The notes beneath the pieces were generated by a model that did no database searches, was not told the DNA's origin, and saw nothing but the letters and a program-made list of their open reading frames with translations. Shown piece by piece: positions 43,007 to 54,854 of a stretch of 64,000 nt of DNA. Source of the stretch: an uncultured Gemmatimonadales bacterium (GTDB lineage: Bacteria; Gemmatimonadota; Gemmatimonadetes; Longimicrobiales; Longimicrobiaceae). Both the position numbers and the translations under genes were made by a program. Where the stretch lies: NCBI GenBank assembly GCA_963716255.1, contig OY970303.1, forward strand, positions 1,536,001 to 1,600,000, in the 5' to 3' direction. Every line of letters begins with the position of its first letter. The stretch's first letter is position 1.

Positions 43007-45664
43007 CTAGCGCAGGATCGCCACCGGGTCCACCCGCGTGGCCCGGCGCACGGGGACGAGCAGCGCGACCGTGGCGCACGCGAGCAGCGCCACGGCGGCG
43101 GCGCCGAGCGCCACGGGGTCGAACGGCGCCACCCCGTAGAGCAGGCCGCGCAGCAGCCGCGCGACCCCCGCCACGCCCAGCACGCCCCCCGCCAGCCCCG
43201 CCAGCATCCACACCCCGCCCTGCCGCAGCACCAGCCCCGCGATGGCGCCGGGCGTGGAGCCCAGGGCGACCCTCACCCCGAACTCCTGCTCCCGCGCCGC
43301 CGCCATGGCCGCGAACATCGCGTACACCCCCACCGACGCGAGGACCAGCGCCAGCGCCCCGAAGCCCGTCATCAGCAGCATGGGGAGGCGCCGCCCCGCC
43401 AGGCGCTCGTCCACGATGGACGCGAGCGTCCGGGGGCCGCGTAGCGGCACCCCCGGGTCGAGCGCCGACAGCTCGCGCTGGAAGGGGCGCACCAGCGCGA
43501 GCGGGTCGCCCTGCGTCCGCACCACGAAGTCGCGCCCGGTCCACTCGAAGTCCTGCCGGTTGGACGCGTACGCCATGGGGCCCGGCGCGGGGAGCGCGGG
43601 GTCCACGCGCACGTCGCCCACGATCCCCACCACCACCCCCCAGCGCTCCGCGGTGTGCGGGCTGACGCGGATGCGCGCGCCCAGGGCGCCGCCCCGCGGC
43701 CAGTAGCGCCGCGCCATGGCCTCGCCGATCACGATGGCCGGCGGGGCGTCCGGCGCGTCCTCCGGCCCGAAGGCGCGGCCCTGGAGGAGGCGGATTCCCG
43801 CGGTGCGGAAGTAGTCGTCCGAGACCGCCATGTAGGGGATGAACGTCTGGCCGTCGTCGTCCAGCGCCACGCCCTCGATCGTCAGCTTGTTGCTGCTCAT
43901 GGTGGGCGAGGGGATCTGCGTGACGCTCGCCACGCCGCGGACGCCGGGGAGCGACGCCAGGCTCTCCTCCAGCTGCCGGAACACGACGGCGCGCCGCTCC
44001 GGCGTGGGATAGGCGGCCGGGGGGAGCTCCACCCGCGCGGTCAGCACGCCATCGGGCTCGAAGCCGAGCGGCGCGGAGGTCATCGCCCACAGGCTGCGGA
44101 CGAGCAGCCCGGCGCCCACCAGGAGGCTGAGGGAGAGCGCGATCTGCGCGGCCACCAGCGCGCCGCGCAGCCGCCGGGAGCGCCGCCCCTCGCCGGAGCC
44201 GCGCGACTCCTCGCGCAGCGTGCCCTGCGGCTCCGCGCGGCCGGCCGCGAGCGCGGGGACCAGCCCGAACGCGGCGCCCGTGAGGAGCGCGACCAGCAGC
44301 GTCGCGGCCAGGGCGCCGGCGTCCAGCGACAGATCGGCGTACGGCGGCAGCGCCGGCAGCGCCAGGCCCCGCAGCGCCCCAAGCCCCAGCGCGGCGAGCA
44401 GCAGGCCGGCCGCGGCGCCGGCCAGCGCCAGCAGCAGGCTCTCGGCGAGGAGCTGCCGCACCAGCCGGCCGCGCCCGGCGCCCAGCGCCACGCGCACCGC
44501 GAACTCCCTGCGCCGCGACACCGTGCGCGACAGCAGGGCACCCGCCAGGTTGGCGCAGGCGATGAGCAGCACCAGCGCGGCGCTCGCCATGAGCACCAGG
44601 AGCGGCGTGCGCGTCTCGCCGGCCATGGCGTCGCGCAGCGGGACGGCCACGAAGCTCCGGCCGCGGTCGGTCTGCGGGTGCTCGCGCGCCAGCTCCGCGC
44701 CCAGCCGGTCCAGCTCGCGCCGCGCCGCGTCCAGCTCCACCCCGGGCGCCAGCCGCCCGACGACGCCCAGCCAGTGCTGGTCGCGCGCCGCCACGGGGTC
44801 GCGCAGGTAGTACGGCAGGTCCAGCGTGAACCAGACGTCCGCCTCGCCCATGGGCCCCACGAAGCCGCGGGGGAGCACCCCCACCACCTCGTACGCCGCC
44901 TGGTCCGTGCGCAGCGTGCGGCCCACCACCCCCGGGTCGCCGCCGAAGTCGCGCTGCCAGGCGTCGTGGCTCAGCATCACCACCCGGGCCTCCGCGTCCG
45001 CCGCGGTCAGCGCCCGCCCAAGGGCCGGGCGCACCCCCAGCGTGGAAAAGAAGGTGCCCCCGACCAGCGCCCCCGACAGGACCCGCGGCCCCGACTCGCC
45101 CACCCAGGTGAGGTCGAAGGTGCTGAAGTTGAACGCCGCCACGCCGCTGAAGGAGCGCAGCCGCGCCGCGATGTCGGCCGTCGCGCCGGGGCTCACCGAG
45201 GAGCGGTCCACGTCCGACTTTTCGAACGCCGCGTACACCCGCACCAGGCGCCCCGCGTCGGCGTACGGGAGCGCGTCCAGCAGCACCGACTTCACCACCC
45301 CGAACACGGCGGCGTTGGCGCCGATCCCCAGGGCGAGCGTGAGCACGGCGAGCAGGGAGAAGAGGGGCGCCCGCAGCGCGGAGCGGACCCCGAAGCGCAG
45401 GTCCTGGCGGAGGTCGTCCAGCCAGTCGCGGCGGGCCTCGGCGCGGCGGTCTTCGGCCAGCAGCCCGGCACACTCGCCGCGCACGCCGTCCAGGTCGCCG
45501 AAGCGCTCCAGCGCCGCGGCGCGGGCGGCCTCCGGGTCCATGCCCCGCGCCACGTACTCGCGGACGCGCTCCTCCAGGTGAAAGGCGAGCTCGGCGTCCA
45601 CCTCGGCGCGCGGCTCGGAGCGGAAGAGGCGGGAGCGGCGCCCGCCGGGGGATGGCTCGCGCAT
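43007..45664 (-). CDS. ADOP / MacB-like duplicated ABC permease
   Basis: EVDAELAFHLE, QDLRFGVR, LALGIGANAAVF, LLIACANLA, RRREFAVRVALGA, EFGVRVALG, RATRVDP. Confidence 0.92.
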   Translation of the reverse strand: MREPSPGGRRSRLFRSEPRAEVDAELAFHLEERVREYVARGMDPEAARAAALERFGDLDGVRGECAGLLAEDRRAEARRDWLDDLRQDLRFGVRSALRAPLFSLLAVLTLALGIGANAAVFGVVKSVLLDALPYADAGRLVRVYAAFEKSDVDRSSVSPGATADIAARLRSFSGVAAFNFSTFDLTWVGESGPRVLSGALVGGTFFSTLGVRPALGRALTAADAEARVVMLSHDAWQRDFGGDPGVVGRTLRTDQAAYEVVGVLPRGFVGPMGEADVWFTLDLPYYLRDPVAARDQHWLGVVGRLAPGVELDAARRELDRLGAELAREHPQTDRGRSFVAVPLRDAMAGETRTPLLVLMASAALVLLIACANLAGALLSRTVSRRREFAVRVALGAGRGRLVRQLLAESLLLALAGAAAGLLLAALGLGALRGLALPALPPYADLSLDAGALAATLLVALLTGAAFGLVPALAAGRAEPQGTLREESRGSGEGRRSRRLRGALVAAQIALSLSLLVGAGLLVRSLWAMTSAPLGFEPDGVLTARVELPPAAYPTPERRAVVFRQLEESLASLPGVRGVASVTQIPSPTMSSNKLTIEGVALDDDGQTFIPYMAVSDDYFRTAGIRLLQGRAFGPEDAPDAPPAIVIGEAMARRYWPRGGALGARIRVSPHTAERWGVVVGIVGDVRVDPALPAPGPMAYASNRQDFEWTGRDFVVRTQGDPLALVRPFQRELSALDPGVPLRGPRTLASIVDERLAGRRLPMLLMTGFGALALVLASVGVYAMFAAMAAAREQEFGVRVALGSTPGAIAGLVLRQGGVWMLAGLAGGVLGVAGVARLLRGLLYGVAPFDPVALGAAAVALLACATVALLVPVRRATRVDPVAILR

Positions 45665-45666
45665 GG

Positions 45667-46020
45667 TCACGTCGCCCAGCCCGGCGCCTGCGTGGTGCCG
45701 ACGGCGTCGCTGACCGCCGCCGCCAGCCGCTGCCACCCCGAGGCCTGCTCGGTGAACTGCCGCCGCCCCTCGGGGGTCAGGTGGTAGAACTTGGCCCTGC
45801 GGTTGTTCTCGGAAACGCCCCACTCGCCGCGGATCCACCCCTTGCGCGCCATGCGGTAGAGCGCCGGGTAGAGCGAGCCCTCCTCCACGCGCAGCACGTC
45901 GCCGGTGGCGCCCTCGATCCAGCTGGCGATGCCGTAGCCGTGCATGGGCCCCCAGGAAAGCGTCTTGAGCACCAGCAGCTCCAGCGTCCCCTGCAGCAAC
46001 CCGGAATCCTTTGCGAACAC
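45667..46020 (-). CDS. PadR-family regulator (ADOP-associated type)
   Basis: LLQGTLELLVLKTL..GPMHGYGIA..VEEGSLYPALYR..SENNRRAKFY. Confidence 0.93.
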   Translation of the reverse strand: MFAKDSGLLQGTLELLVLKTLSWGPMHGYGIASWIEGATGDVLRVEEGSLYPALYRMARKGWIRGEWGVSENNRRAKFYHLTPEGRRQFTEQASGWQRLAAAVSDAVGTTQAPGWAT

Positions 46021-46064
46021 GCGCCCTCCCCCGTCGCGGTGGCGGGAGCGCCCATCGTGCGCGG

Positions 46065-46119
46065 CGTCTCCCTATGCTGATCTAAGGGAGACGATACACA
46101 CGCTCCCCCAGATGCGCAA
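46065..46119 (-). promoter_or_regulatory. padR promoter with overlapping palindromic operator
   Basis: Minus strand TTGCGC-N17-TATCGT (46119-46091) overlapping the inverted repeat CGTCTCCCT-N11-AGGGAGACG (46065-46093). Confidence 0.55.
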
Positions 46120-46350
46120 GGTAAGCGCAAGGGCGCGGGCCCTCGGCCGGCAGCCGAGATGCCGGGCACCACGCGTAGCGCACCGCGCCTCGGCCGGACG
46201 ACCGCGTTCATGCTGTCGCGCTGATCTGCAATACGTAGATTGGTCGGATGAATACGGCTGCCAAGCAGGGCACCGGTTCTATGTGACCCCCCTCCCCGTG
46301 CTCACCGGCCCGTCACGGCGCGGGAGGCGAGGGATGGACCCACCTGGACT

Positions 46351-49300
46351 ATGACGCCTGAATCGAGGGTCTTCGTCTCATACGCGCGTGCAGACGGTGA
46401 GGAGTCGGCACGGTCTATCCACGAGCGGCTCTGCGCGTGCGGCGTGTCGGCGTGGTTCGACCGCGAAGGGATGAGCGGAGGGCGGGACTGGTGGCGGCAG
46501 ATCGTCGATGCGCTGAACGGCGCCGCCTATCTCGTCTTGATCACCACGCCAGCGGCGGTTCGCAGCGCGGTGGTGCAGGCCGAGTGGAAGCGGGCCCGGC
46601 GTCAGGGTGTGTGCGTGGTGCCCGTGAGCGTTCCCGGGCTTCCTCTGGACTTCGGCGCCATGCCGCGGTGGATGCGGCGCCTCAAAGTCTACGATCCCAA
46701 GCGGGAATGGGATGCCCTGGTCGCGCAGCTCCGCTCCTTGCCCTCCCCCGCGCGAGCGCCGTACATGGCGCCCGAACTAGCGCGCCACATCCCCCGCGCG
46801 CGTGAGACCGAAGCCGTGATCCGCCTGCTGCTCGATCCGGAGCGGGAACCGCTCCCAGCCCAGGTCGCCTTGCGCGGGGCGGCGGGCTTCGGAAAGTCCA
46901 CGCTCGCCGCGGCCGTGTGCGCTTCCGACGACGTGCAGTGGGCGTTCGACGATGGGATTCTATGGGTCGAGCTCGGCCCCGAGCCCAACGTGGTCGACAT
47001 CGTTCGGCGCCTGTTCCGAGCGCTCACGGGTGAGGCGGCGGCGTTCCGCACGATGTCCGAAGCCACCGAAGCCCTCCGCGAGTGGCTGGAGGAGCGGCAG
47101 TGCTTGATCGTCGTCGACGACGTCTGGCGGAGCTCGGACCTGCAGCCGTTCTTCGCCGGCGGATCCCGATGCGCACGGATCGTTACGACCCAGCGGCTGG
47201 ACGTCGCGGTAGAAGTCCACGCCCAGGTGGTGGACGTCTCCGAAATGAGCCCCGACGAGGCGGTGCAGCTGCTCGCCTCGGGCCTGGAGCCTGCCCCGGA
47301 AGACCGGGCGGCGCTGGTTTCGGTGGTACGCCGGTTGGGCGAATGGCCGCTGCTCCTGGTGCTCGCCAACGCCGCCATCCGCCAGCGCATCCACCACACG
47401 GGCACCCTGCCGGGAGCGCTGGAATGGATCGCCGCCGCGCTTCATCGTGACGGCCCGGTGGCGTTGGACCGAAAGGACGCGACCGAGCGGAACGCCGCCG
47501 TCGCACGCAGCCTGAGCGTCAGCTTCCAGTTCCTCACCGGGCGAGAGCACCGCTGCTTTCTGGAACTGGCCATCTTCCCGCCCGCCGTCCCGGTCACCCT
47601 GTCCGCCGCCCGCGCACTGTGGGGGATGAGCGATTTCGAGGCCGAGGCCACGGCCGTTTGCCTCGCGGATCTCTCGCTGGTGCGCCTGGACCTTTCCGCG
47701 GGCACCTTCACCCTTCACCAGGCGATCCGTGACTACGGTGCGCGGCTCTTGGGCGATGCTCCCCCCGTGCACGCGCGCCTCGTCGACGGATGGGGGGCGC
47801 CGCACTGTCTTCCGGACGACTACGCGTGGCGCTGGTACGGCTGGCATCTGGTCGAGGCGGACCGCACGGATGAGCTGCGTCACTACCTCCTGAACTTCGA
47901 GTGGATCCGCCGCAAGACCGAGCGCGTGGGGGTGGACGCACTGCTCGATGATTTCGCGCGCCTCCGCGACGACGATGTCATCACGCCCGTCCGGCGGGCA
48001 CTGGAGTTGTCGCGTGACGCGGTGGTCCAGCACCCCGTACAGATGGCGGTGCAGCTGTCTGCGCGGCTGCACCGCGAGCGCGACCCTGCCGTCGTGGCGC
48101 TGCGTGACGACGCCGCGCGCAGCACGCCCCTCGTCCTGCTCACGGACCCGCTCGACGTGCCGGGCGGCCGGCTGATTCGGCGCACCATCCTGTCGCACGC
48201 CGTGGCAGCCATGGTGATCGACGAACGGACGGAATGGCTGATCACGGGCCACGAGGACGGGCTGATCGCAGTGCGTAGTCTGATCACGGGGATGCCTGTG
48301 CAGTGGCTGAACCATGCCATGGGCGAGGTGACCGCTATGCAGCCGGCGATCCCCGCCGCGCCCACATTTGACGAGCGGTGGGCCCGCGAGATCTCGGCGC
48401 TGCTGGTGGTGTGCGACCGCCGCTGGCTTGTGTCGGGCGCGCGAGACGGCAGCATCCGGGTGTGGGACCTGGAGGCCGGACGGTTTCTCAGATCTGTGGC
48501 GTCGAAGATCGGGAAGCCGGTGACTTCGCTCGCCGCCCCGGCCGACGGCGCGTACTTGGTTGCCGGCTATGATTCGGGCGACGTGGTCGCCTACGACGGA
48601 GAGAGCGGTAGGCATCTCGCCACTCTCGAGCCCGCAGACCCGGGCGGGTATTGGAACAAGTACGGTGCGCGGGCCGCCGTCCGCGCGGACGGGCAGGTGG
48701 TGCTGGTGAGCCGGCGCGACGGCACTCTCGCCGAGTGGTCGTCCGACAACTGGTCACTGCTCGGCACGATCGAAGAGGAGATATTCGCGATGGGGCTGCT
48801 GGCGGTCGCACCGGAATGGTGCCATGCGGTGACTGCGGGCCAGCGGATCGCTTTTTTCGACTTGGAGACCGGCGAGCATTGGTACGAGATAGGACCCAGG
48901 GACTATCGGTACTTCCGCGCAATGGCGCTGACGCCTGATGGGATGCACGTGCTCGTGGGCGCGGAGTATGGGTTTCTGGTCATGTACAACACGCATTCCG
49001 CGGAGTTGGTCTTCCAGCTGTACGACGTGGGGCATTCCTTCCATGCGCTCGCCGTACTACCGGACGGGCGCACCGCCGTTTCGGCGAGCGGAAGCACGCT
49101 CCAGCTGTGGGACATCCGCCCCGCGGCCGTGGACGAGCCGCCCCTGCCCACGTTGCACGTGCACGGGATCCGGGACGTTGCCATCAGTGAGTCGGATGCG
49201 GTGGCGGTGAGCATCTCGGAAGGCTACCTCGCGACGTGGACCTTTTCGCGAGGCGCCGACGGATCGTTGCGTGTCGTAGCCGAAGGCCAGGACTTTCCTA

Positions 49301-49902
49301 TCGACGCTCATGGATACCTGGAAGAGCGGTGGTACATGTACATCCTGCCCGGTGGATGGCGCGCGATCTCGATGTACGCCTGCGGATCGATCATCATGGG
49401 GTACTGGACGCAGCTTGCAGTGTGGGACCGATCCACGCGTGAATTCCGCCTGCTGCCCACGGGGAAGCGTGAGTGGCTTTCGGACCTCCAGATCAGTGAC
49501 GACGGCAGGTTCTGCTGGGCGCGCACGCGAGACGACAAGATGCTGTTAGGATGGGATCTGCATAGCGGATCGGCCCTCGACCCGGCCGCGCTCGAGGCGG
49601 TCGTCCGCGCTGACGAAGCGGGGAAAGAAGGGCGGGGGAAGGGGCAGTGGAACGCGCGTTCTGCCGAGCAAGAGCTGGACAAAGGCGTCACGCTGGACGT
49701 CGCCAGGCGGACGGTCATGCTCGCCGATTCGGAGGGAAGGCTCCTGCACGCCTACACCGCGGATTACGACATCACACGGCTGCGCGTGCTCCGCGTGGGG
49801 GGCATCCCCGTGATCGTCATGGGAGATGCGTGCGGCCGGGTCCACGTCATCGATCTGAGGCACGTACTTGAAAATGCTGCACCGAGCGCCCTGGGAAATT
49901 AA
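46351..49902 (+). CDS. TIR - NB-ARC - APAF1-helical - WD40 STAND (NLR-like) protein
   Basis: TIR VFVSYAR, WFD, VQAEW; Walker A GAAGFGKST; Walker B LIVVDDVW; EWPLLL; YAWRWYGWHL..LLNFEWI; WD repeats SGARDGSIRVWD and SASGSTLQLWD. Confidence 0.9.
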   Translation: MTPESRVFVSYARADGEESARSIHERLCACGVSAWFDREGMSGGRDWWRQIVDALNGAAYLVLITTPAAVRSAVVQAEWKRARRQGVCVVPVSVPGLPLDFGAMPRWMRRLKVYDPKREWDALVAQLRSLPSPARAPYMAPELARHIPRARETEAVIRLLLDPEREPLPAQVALRGAAGFGKSTLAAAVCASDDVQWAFDDGILWVELGPEPNVVDIVRRLFRALTGEAAAFRTMSEATEALREWLEERQCLIVVDDVWRSSDLQPFFAGGSRCARIVTTQRLDVAVEVHAQVVDVSEMSPDEAVQLLASGLEPAPEDRAALVSVVRRLGEWPLLLVLANAAIRQRIHHTGTLPGALEWIAAALHRDGPVALDRKDATERNAAVARSLSVSFQFLTGREHRCFLELAIFPPAVPVTLSAARALWGMSDFEAEATAVCLADLSLVRLDLSAGTFTLHQAIRDYGARLLGDAPPVHARLVDGWGAPHCLPDDYAWRWYGWHLVEADRTDELRHYLLNFEWIRRKTERVGVDALLDDFARLRDDDVITPVRRALELSRDAVVQHPVQMAVQLSARLHRERDPAVVALRDDAARSTPLVLLTDPLDVPGGRLIRRTILSHAVAAMVIDERTEWLITGHEDGLIAVRSLITGMPVQWLNHAMGEVTAMQPAIPAAPTFDERWAREISALLVVCDRRWLVSGARDGSIRVWDLEAGRFLRSVASKIGKPVTSLAAPADGAYLVAGYDSGDVVAYDGESGRHLATLEPADPGGYWNKYGARAAVRADGQVVLVSRRDGTLAEWSSDNWSLLGTIEEEIFAMGLLAVAPEWCHAVTAGQRIAFFDLETGEHWYEIGPRDYRYFRAMALTPDGMHVLVGAEYGFLVMYNTHSAELVFQLYDVGHSFHALAVLPDGRTAVSASGSTLQLWDIRPAAVDEPPLPTLHVHGIRDVAISESDAVAVSISEGYLATWTFSRGADGSLRVVAEGQDFPIDAHGYLEERWYMYILPGGWRAISMYACGSIIMGYWTQLAVWDRSTREFRLLPTGKREWLSDLQISDDGRFCWARTRDDKMLLGWDLHSGSALDPAALEAVVRADEAGKEGRGKGQWNARSAEQELDKGVTLDVARRTVMLADSEGRLLHAYTADYDITRLRVLRVGGIPVIVMGDACGRVHVIDLRHVLENAAPSALGN

Positions 49903-50060
49903 TCCTCGAAAGTGCAACGCCGCGACCAGGCAACCTCGTAGCCACGGGTGGAAGATAGAGGACGCGGAGATTGCTCAAGCCCTCCGCGTCCTCTCTGGTG
50001 TGTCCAAGGCGCCGTGGGTGGGAACCGCGGACCTGCTCAGCGAGCCAATACAGCCTTCAG

Positions 50061-52451
<2,391 letters not shown>

Positions 52452-52458
52452 CGCGTCC

Positions 52459-52863
52459 CTATGCCTGCTCGATGCGGACCAGGTTGCCCGCGGGGTCGCG
52501 CACGGCCGCGTCGCGGGCGCCCCAGAACCGGCTGGCGGGCTCCTCCAGGACCTCCACCCCGGGCGCGGCCGCGATCCGGGCAAAGGTCGCGTCCAGGTCG
52601 TCGGCGCGCAGGAAGACCGAGACCAGCTCCCCCTTGGCGAGCAGGGCGGCGAGGGCGTCCCCGTCCTCCTGCGAGCGGCCCGCGTGCGGCTGCGACAGCA
52701 CGATCTTGATGTCGGGCTGGCTGCCGGTGACCAGGGTGATCCAGCGGAAGCCTTCGTAGGCGACCTCGTCGCGCACCGTCAGGCCGAGGACGTCGCGGTA
52801 GAAGCCGAGGGCGGCGTCGGGGTCGTCGACGAGGACGTGCACGGTGCTGAGTGAAACGGTCAT
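52459..52863 (-). CDS. VOC/glyoxalase-family protein
   Basis: VDDPDAALGFYRDVLGL...FWGARDAAVRDPAGNLVRI. Confidence 0.9.
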   Translation of the reverse strand: MTVSLSTVHVLVDDPDAALGFYRDVLGLTVRDEVAYEGFRWITLVTGSQPDIKIVLSQPHAGRSQEDGDALAALLAKGELVSVFLRADDLDATFARIAAAPGVEVLEEPASRFWGARDAAVRDPAGNLVRIEQA

Positions 52864-52911
52864 GGCATCTCGCTGGGTGAAAGGCCGGGTGGAACGCTCG
52901 TGGCAGGGAAG

Positions 52912-53370
52912 CTAATCGGGCGCGGCGGCGGTCGCTTCTCCAAAACCGCTCGATTTCGCGCCCTCCTGGCCCCCGTGCCTGCGCGGCCGGGTCAGCACCA
53001 TGGTCTGGCAGGTGGGCACGACGCTCAGCTCGTCGTGGCCTCGGGCGCGGTACGTGGACGGTGTCTCGCCGACGATCTCGGTGAACCGGGCGGAAAAGGA
53101 GCCCAGGCTGGTGCAGCCGACCGCGAAGCAGACGGCCGTCACGCTCAGGTCGCCCCGGCGCAGCAGCGCCTTTGCCCGCTCGATCCGCCGGGTCATGAGG
53201 TAGGAGTACGGCGTCTCGGAGTACGCCTCGCGGAAGCGGCGGCCGAAGTGCGCCGGCGACATCAGCGCCGTGCGGGCGAGCGCCGGGACGTCCAGCGGCT
53301 GCGCGTACTCGCGGTCCATCCGGTCGCGTGCGCGGCGCAGCCGGCGCAGCTCGTCGACGTCGGTGATCAC
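52912..53370 (-). CDS. Small AraC-family HTH regulator
   Basis: LRRARDRMDREYAQPLDV..MSPAHF..ETPYSYLMTRRIERA..SLGSFSARF; GTG start inferred. Confidence 0.88.
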   Translation of the reverse strand: MITDVDELRRLRRARDRMDREYAQPLDVPALARTALMSPAHFGRRFREAYSETPYSYLMTRRIERAKALLRRGDLSVTAVCFAVGCTSLGSFSARFTEIVGETPSTYRARGHDELSVVPTCQTMVLTRPRRHGGQEGAKSSGFGEATAAAPD

Positions 53371-53669
53371 GTTTCCATCCTGCGCTTCGGCTTCCGCACC
53401 GGGGGACGGGGAATCCGGAGGTTTTTCGGCCGGGGTTCGGTTCCGGGGGAGAGTACGGAGGGCGGAGGGGGGAGTCAAGCGAGGCCGGGGGTGAACGACG
53501 GGGCGTTCCCGCCTTGCCGTCCCGGGGCTCGCCGCTTATGCTGCAAAAGCCACGGATTGCGTCGGAAAAAGAGCGTGGCGCCCTCCCGGTCCCGGCCCGG
53601 AGTCCCCGGCCGCGGCCCACTCCGCCCGCGCCCCGCGCGGCCCCGTCCACCCCCCATCCGGAGCCTTCC

Positions 53670-54845
53670 ATGCCGGACCAACCGTTCCCCCGCGACGAGG
53701 AGCTCCACGACCCCGTCCACCCCATCCCCTCCGACGCGCACGACGGCGGGCCGGAGGAGGGGATCGCCCTGTGCCTTTCCGGCGGAGGGTACCGCGCCAT
53801 GCTCTTCCACGTGGGGTCGCTCTGGCGCCTCAACGAGGCCGGCCTCCTGCCGCGGCTGAAGCGGATCTCCAGCGTGTCCGGAGGCTCCATCACGGCCGGG
53901 GTGCTGGGGCTCGGGTGGAAGCGGCTGGACTTCGACAGCGGCGGGGTGGCGCGGGCGTTCGGCGCACGGCTGGTCGAGCCCGTCCGCCACCTGGCCGGGA
54001 AGACCGTGGACGAGGGCGCGGTGCTGGGCGGCGTGCTCCTCCCCGGGTCGGTGGGCGACCGGGTGGAGAGGGCGTACCGCAGGCACCTGTTCGGGGACGC
54101 AACCCTGCAGGACCTGCCCGCGGACGACGAGGGGCCGCGCTTCGTGCTCAACGCCAGCAACGTGCAGTCCGGCGTGCTGTGGCGCTTCTCCCGCCCCTTC
54201 ATGGGGGACTGGAAGGTGGGCCTCGTCCGCAGCCCCACCCTCCCGCTCGCCCAGGCCGTCGCGGCGTCCTCGGCGTTCCCGCCGGTGCTTTCCCCGGTGG
54301 TCCTGGACCTGGACCCGGACGACTTCGACCCGGAGACGGGCGACGGCCTCACCGGGCGCGAGTTCCGGGACGAGGTGGTGCTGACGGACGGAGGCGTGTA
54401 CGACAACCTGGGGCTGGAAACCGCCTGGAAGCGCTACCGCACCATCCTGGTGAGCGACGCGGGCGGCCGCTTCGCCGCCGAGTCCGACCCCGACCGGGAC
54501 TGGCTCCGCCACACCCAGCGCATCCTCGCCGTCATCGACAGCCAGGTCAGGAGCCTGCGCAAGCGCCAGGTGATGGGGGCGTTCCGGGAGGGGATCCGCA
54601 GCGGTGCCTACTGGAGCATCTGGACCGACGCGGCGGAGTACGGGCTGGACGACGCGCTCCCCTGCCCCTTCGACCGGACCACGCTCCTGGCCGAGACCCC
54701 CACCCGCCTCAAGCGGCTCGACGACACGGTGCAGGAGCGGCTGATCAACTGGGGTTACGCGGTGTGCGACTGCGCGCTGCGGGCGCGCCACGACGCCACC
54801 CTCCCCCGGGGCTCCTTCCCCTACCCCGACAGCGGCATCGGCTGA
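53670..54845 (+). CDS. Patatin-like phospholipase
   Basis: LSGGGYRA oxyanion loop, SVSGGS nucleophile elbow, ASSAFP, DGGVYDN. Confidence 0.9.
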   Translation: MPDQPFPRDEELHDPVHPIPSDAHDGGPEEGIALCLSGGGYRAMLFHVGSLWRLNEAGLLPRLKRISSVSGGSITAGVLGLGWKRLDFDSGGVARAFGARLVEPVRHLAGKTVDEGAVLGGVLLPGSVGDRVERAYRRHLFGDATLQDLPADDEGPRFVLNASNVQSGVLWRFSRPFMGDWKVGLVRSPTLPLAQAVAASSAFPPVLSPVVLDLDPDDFDPETGDGLTGREFRDEVVLTDGGVYDNLGLETAWKRYRTILVSDAGGRFAAESDPDRDWLRHTQRILAVIDSQVRSLRKRQVMGAFREGIRSGAYWSIWTDAAEYGLDDALPCPFDRTTLLAETPTRLKRLDDTVQERLINWGYAVCDCALRARHDATLPRGSFPYPDSGIG

Positions 54846-54854
54846 GGCGGCGTC

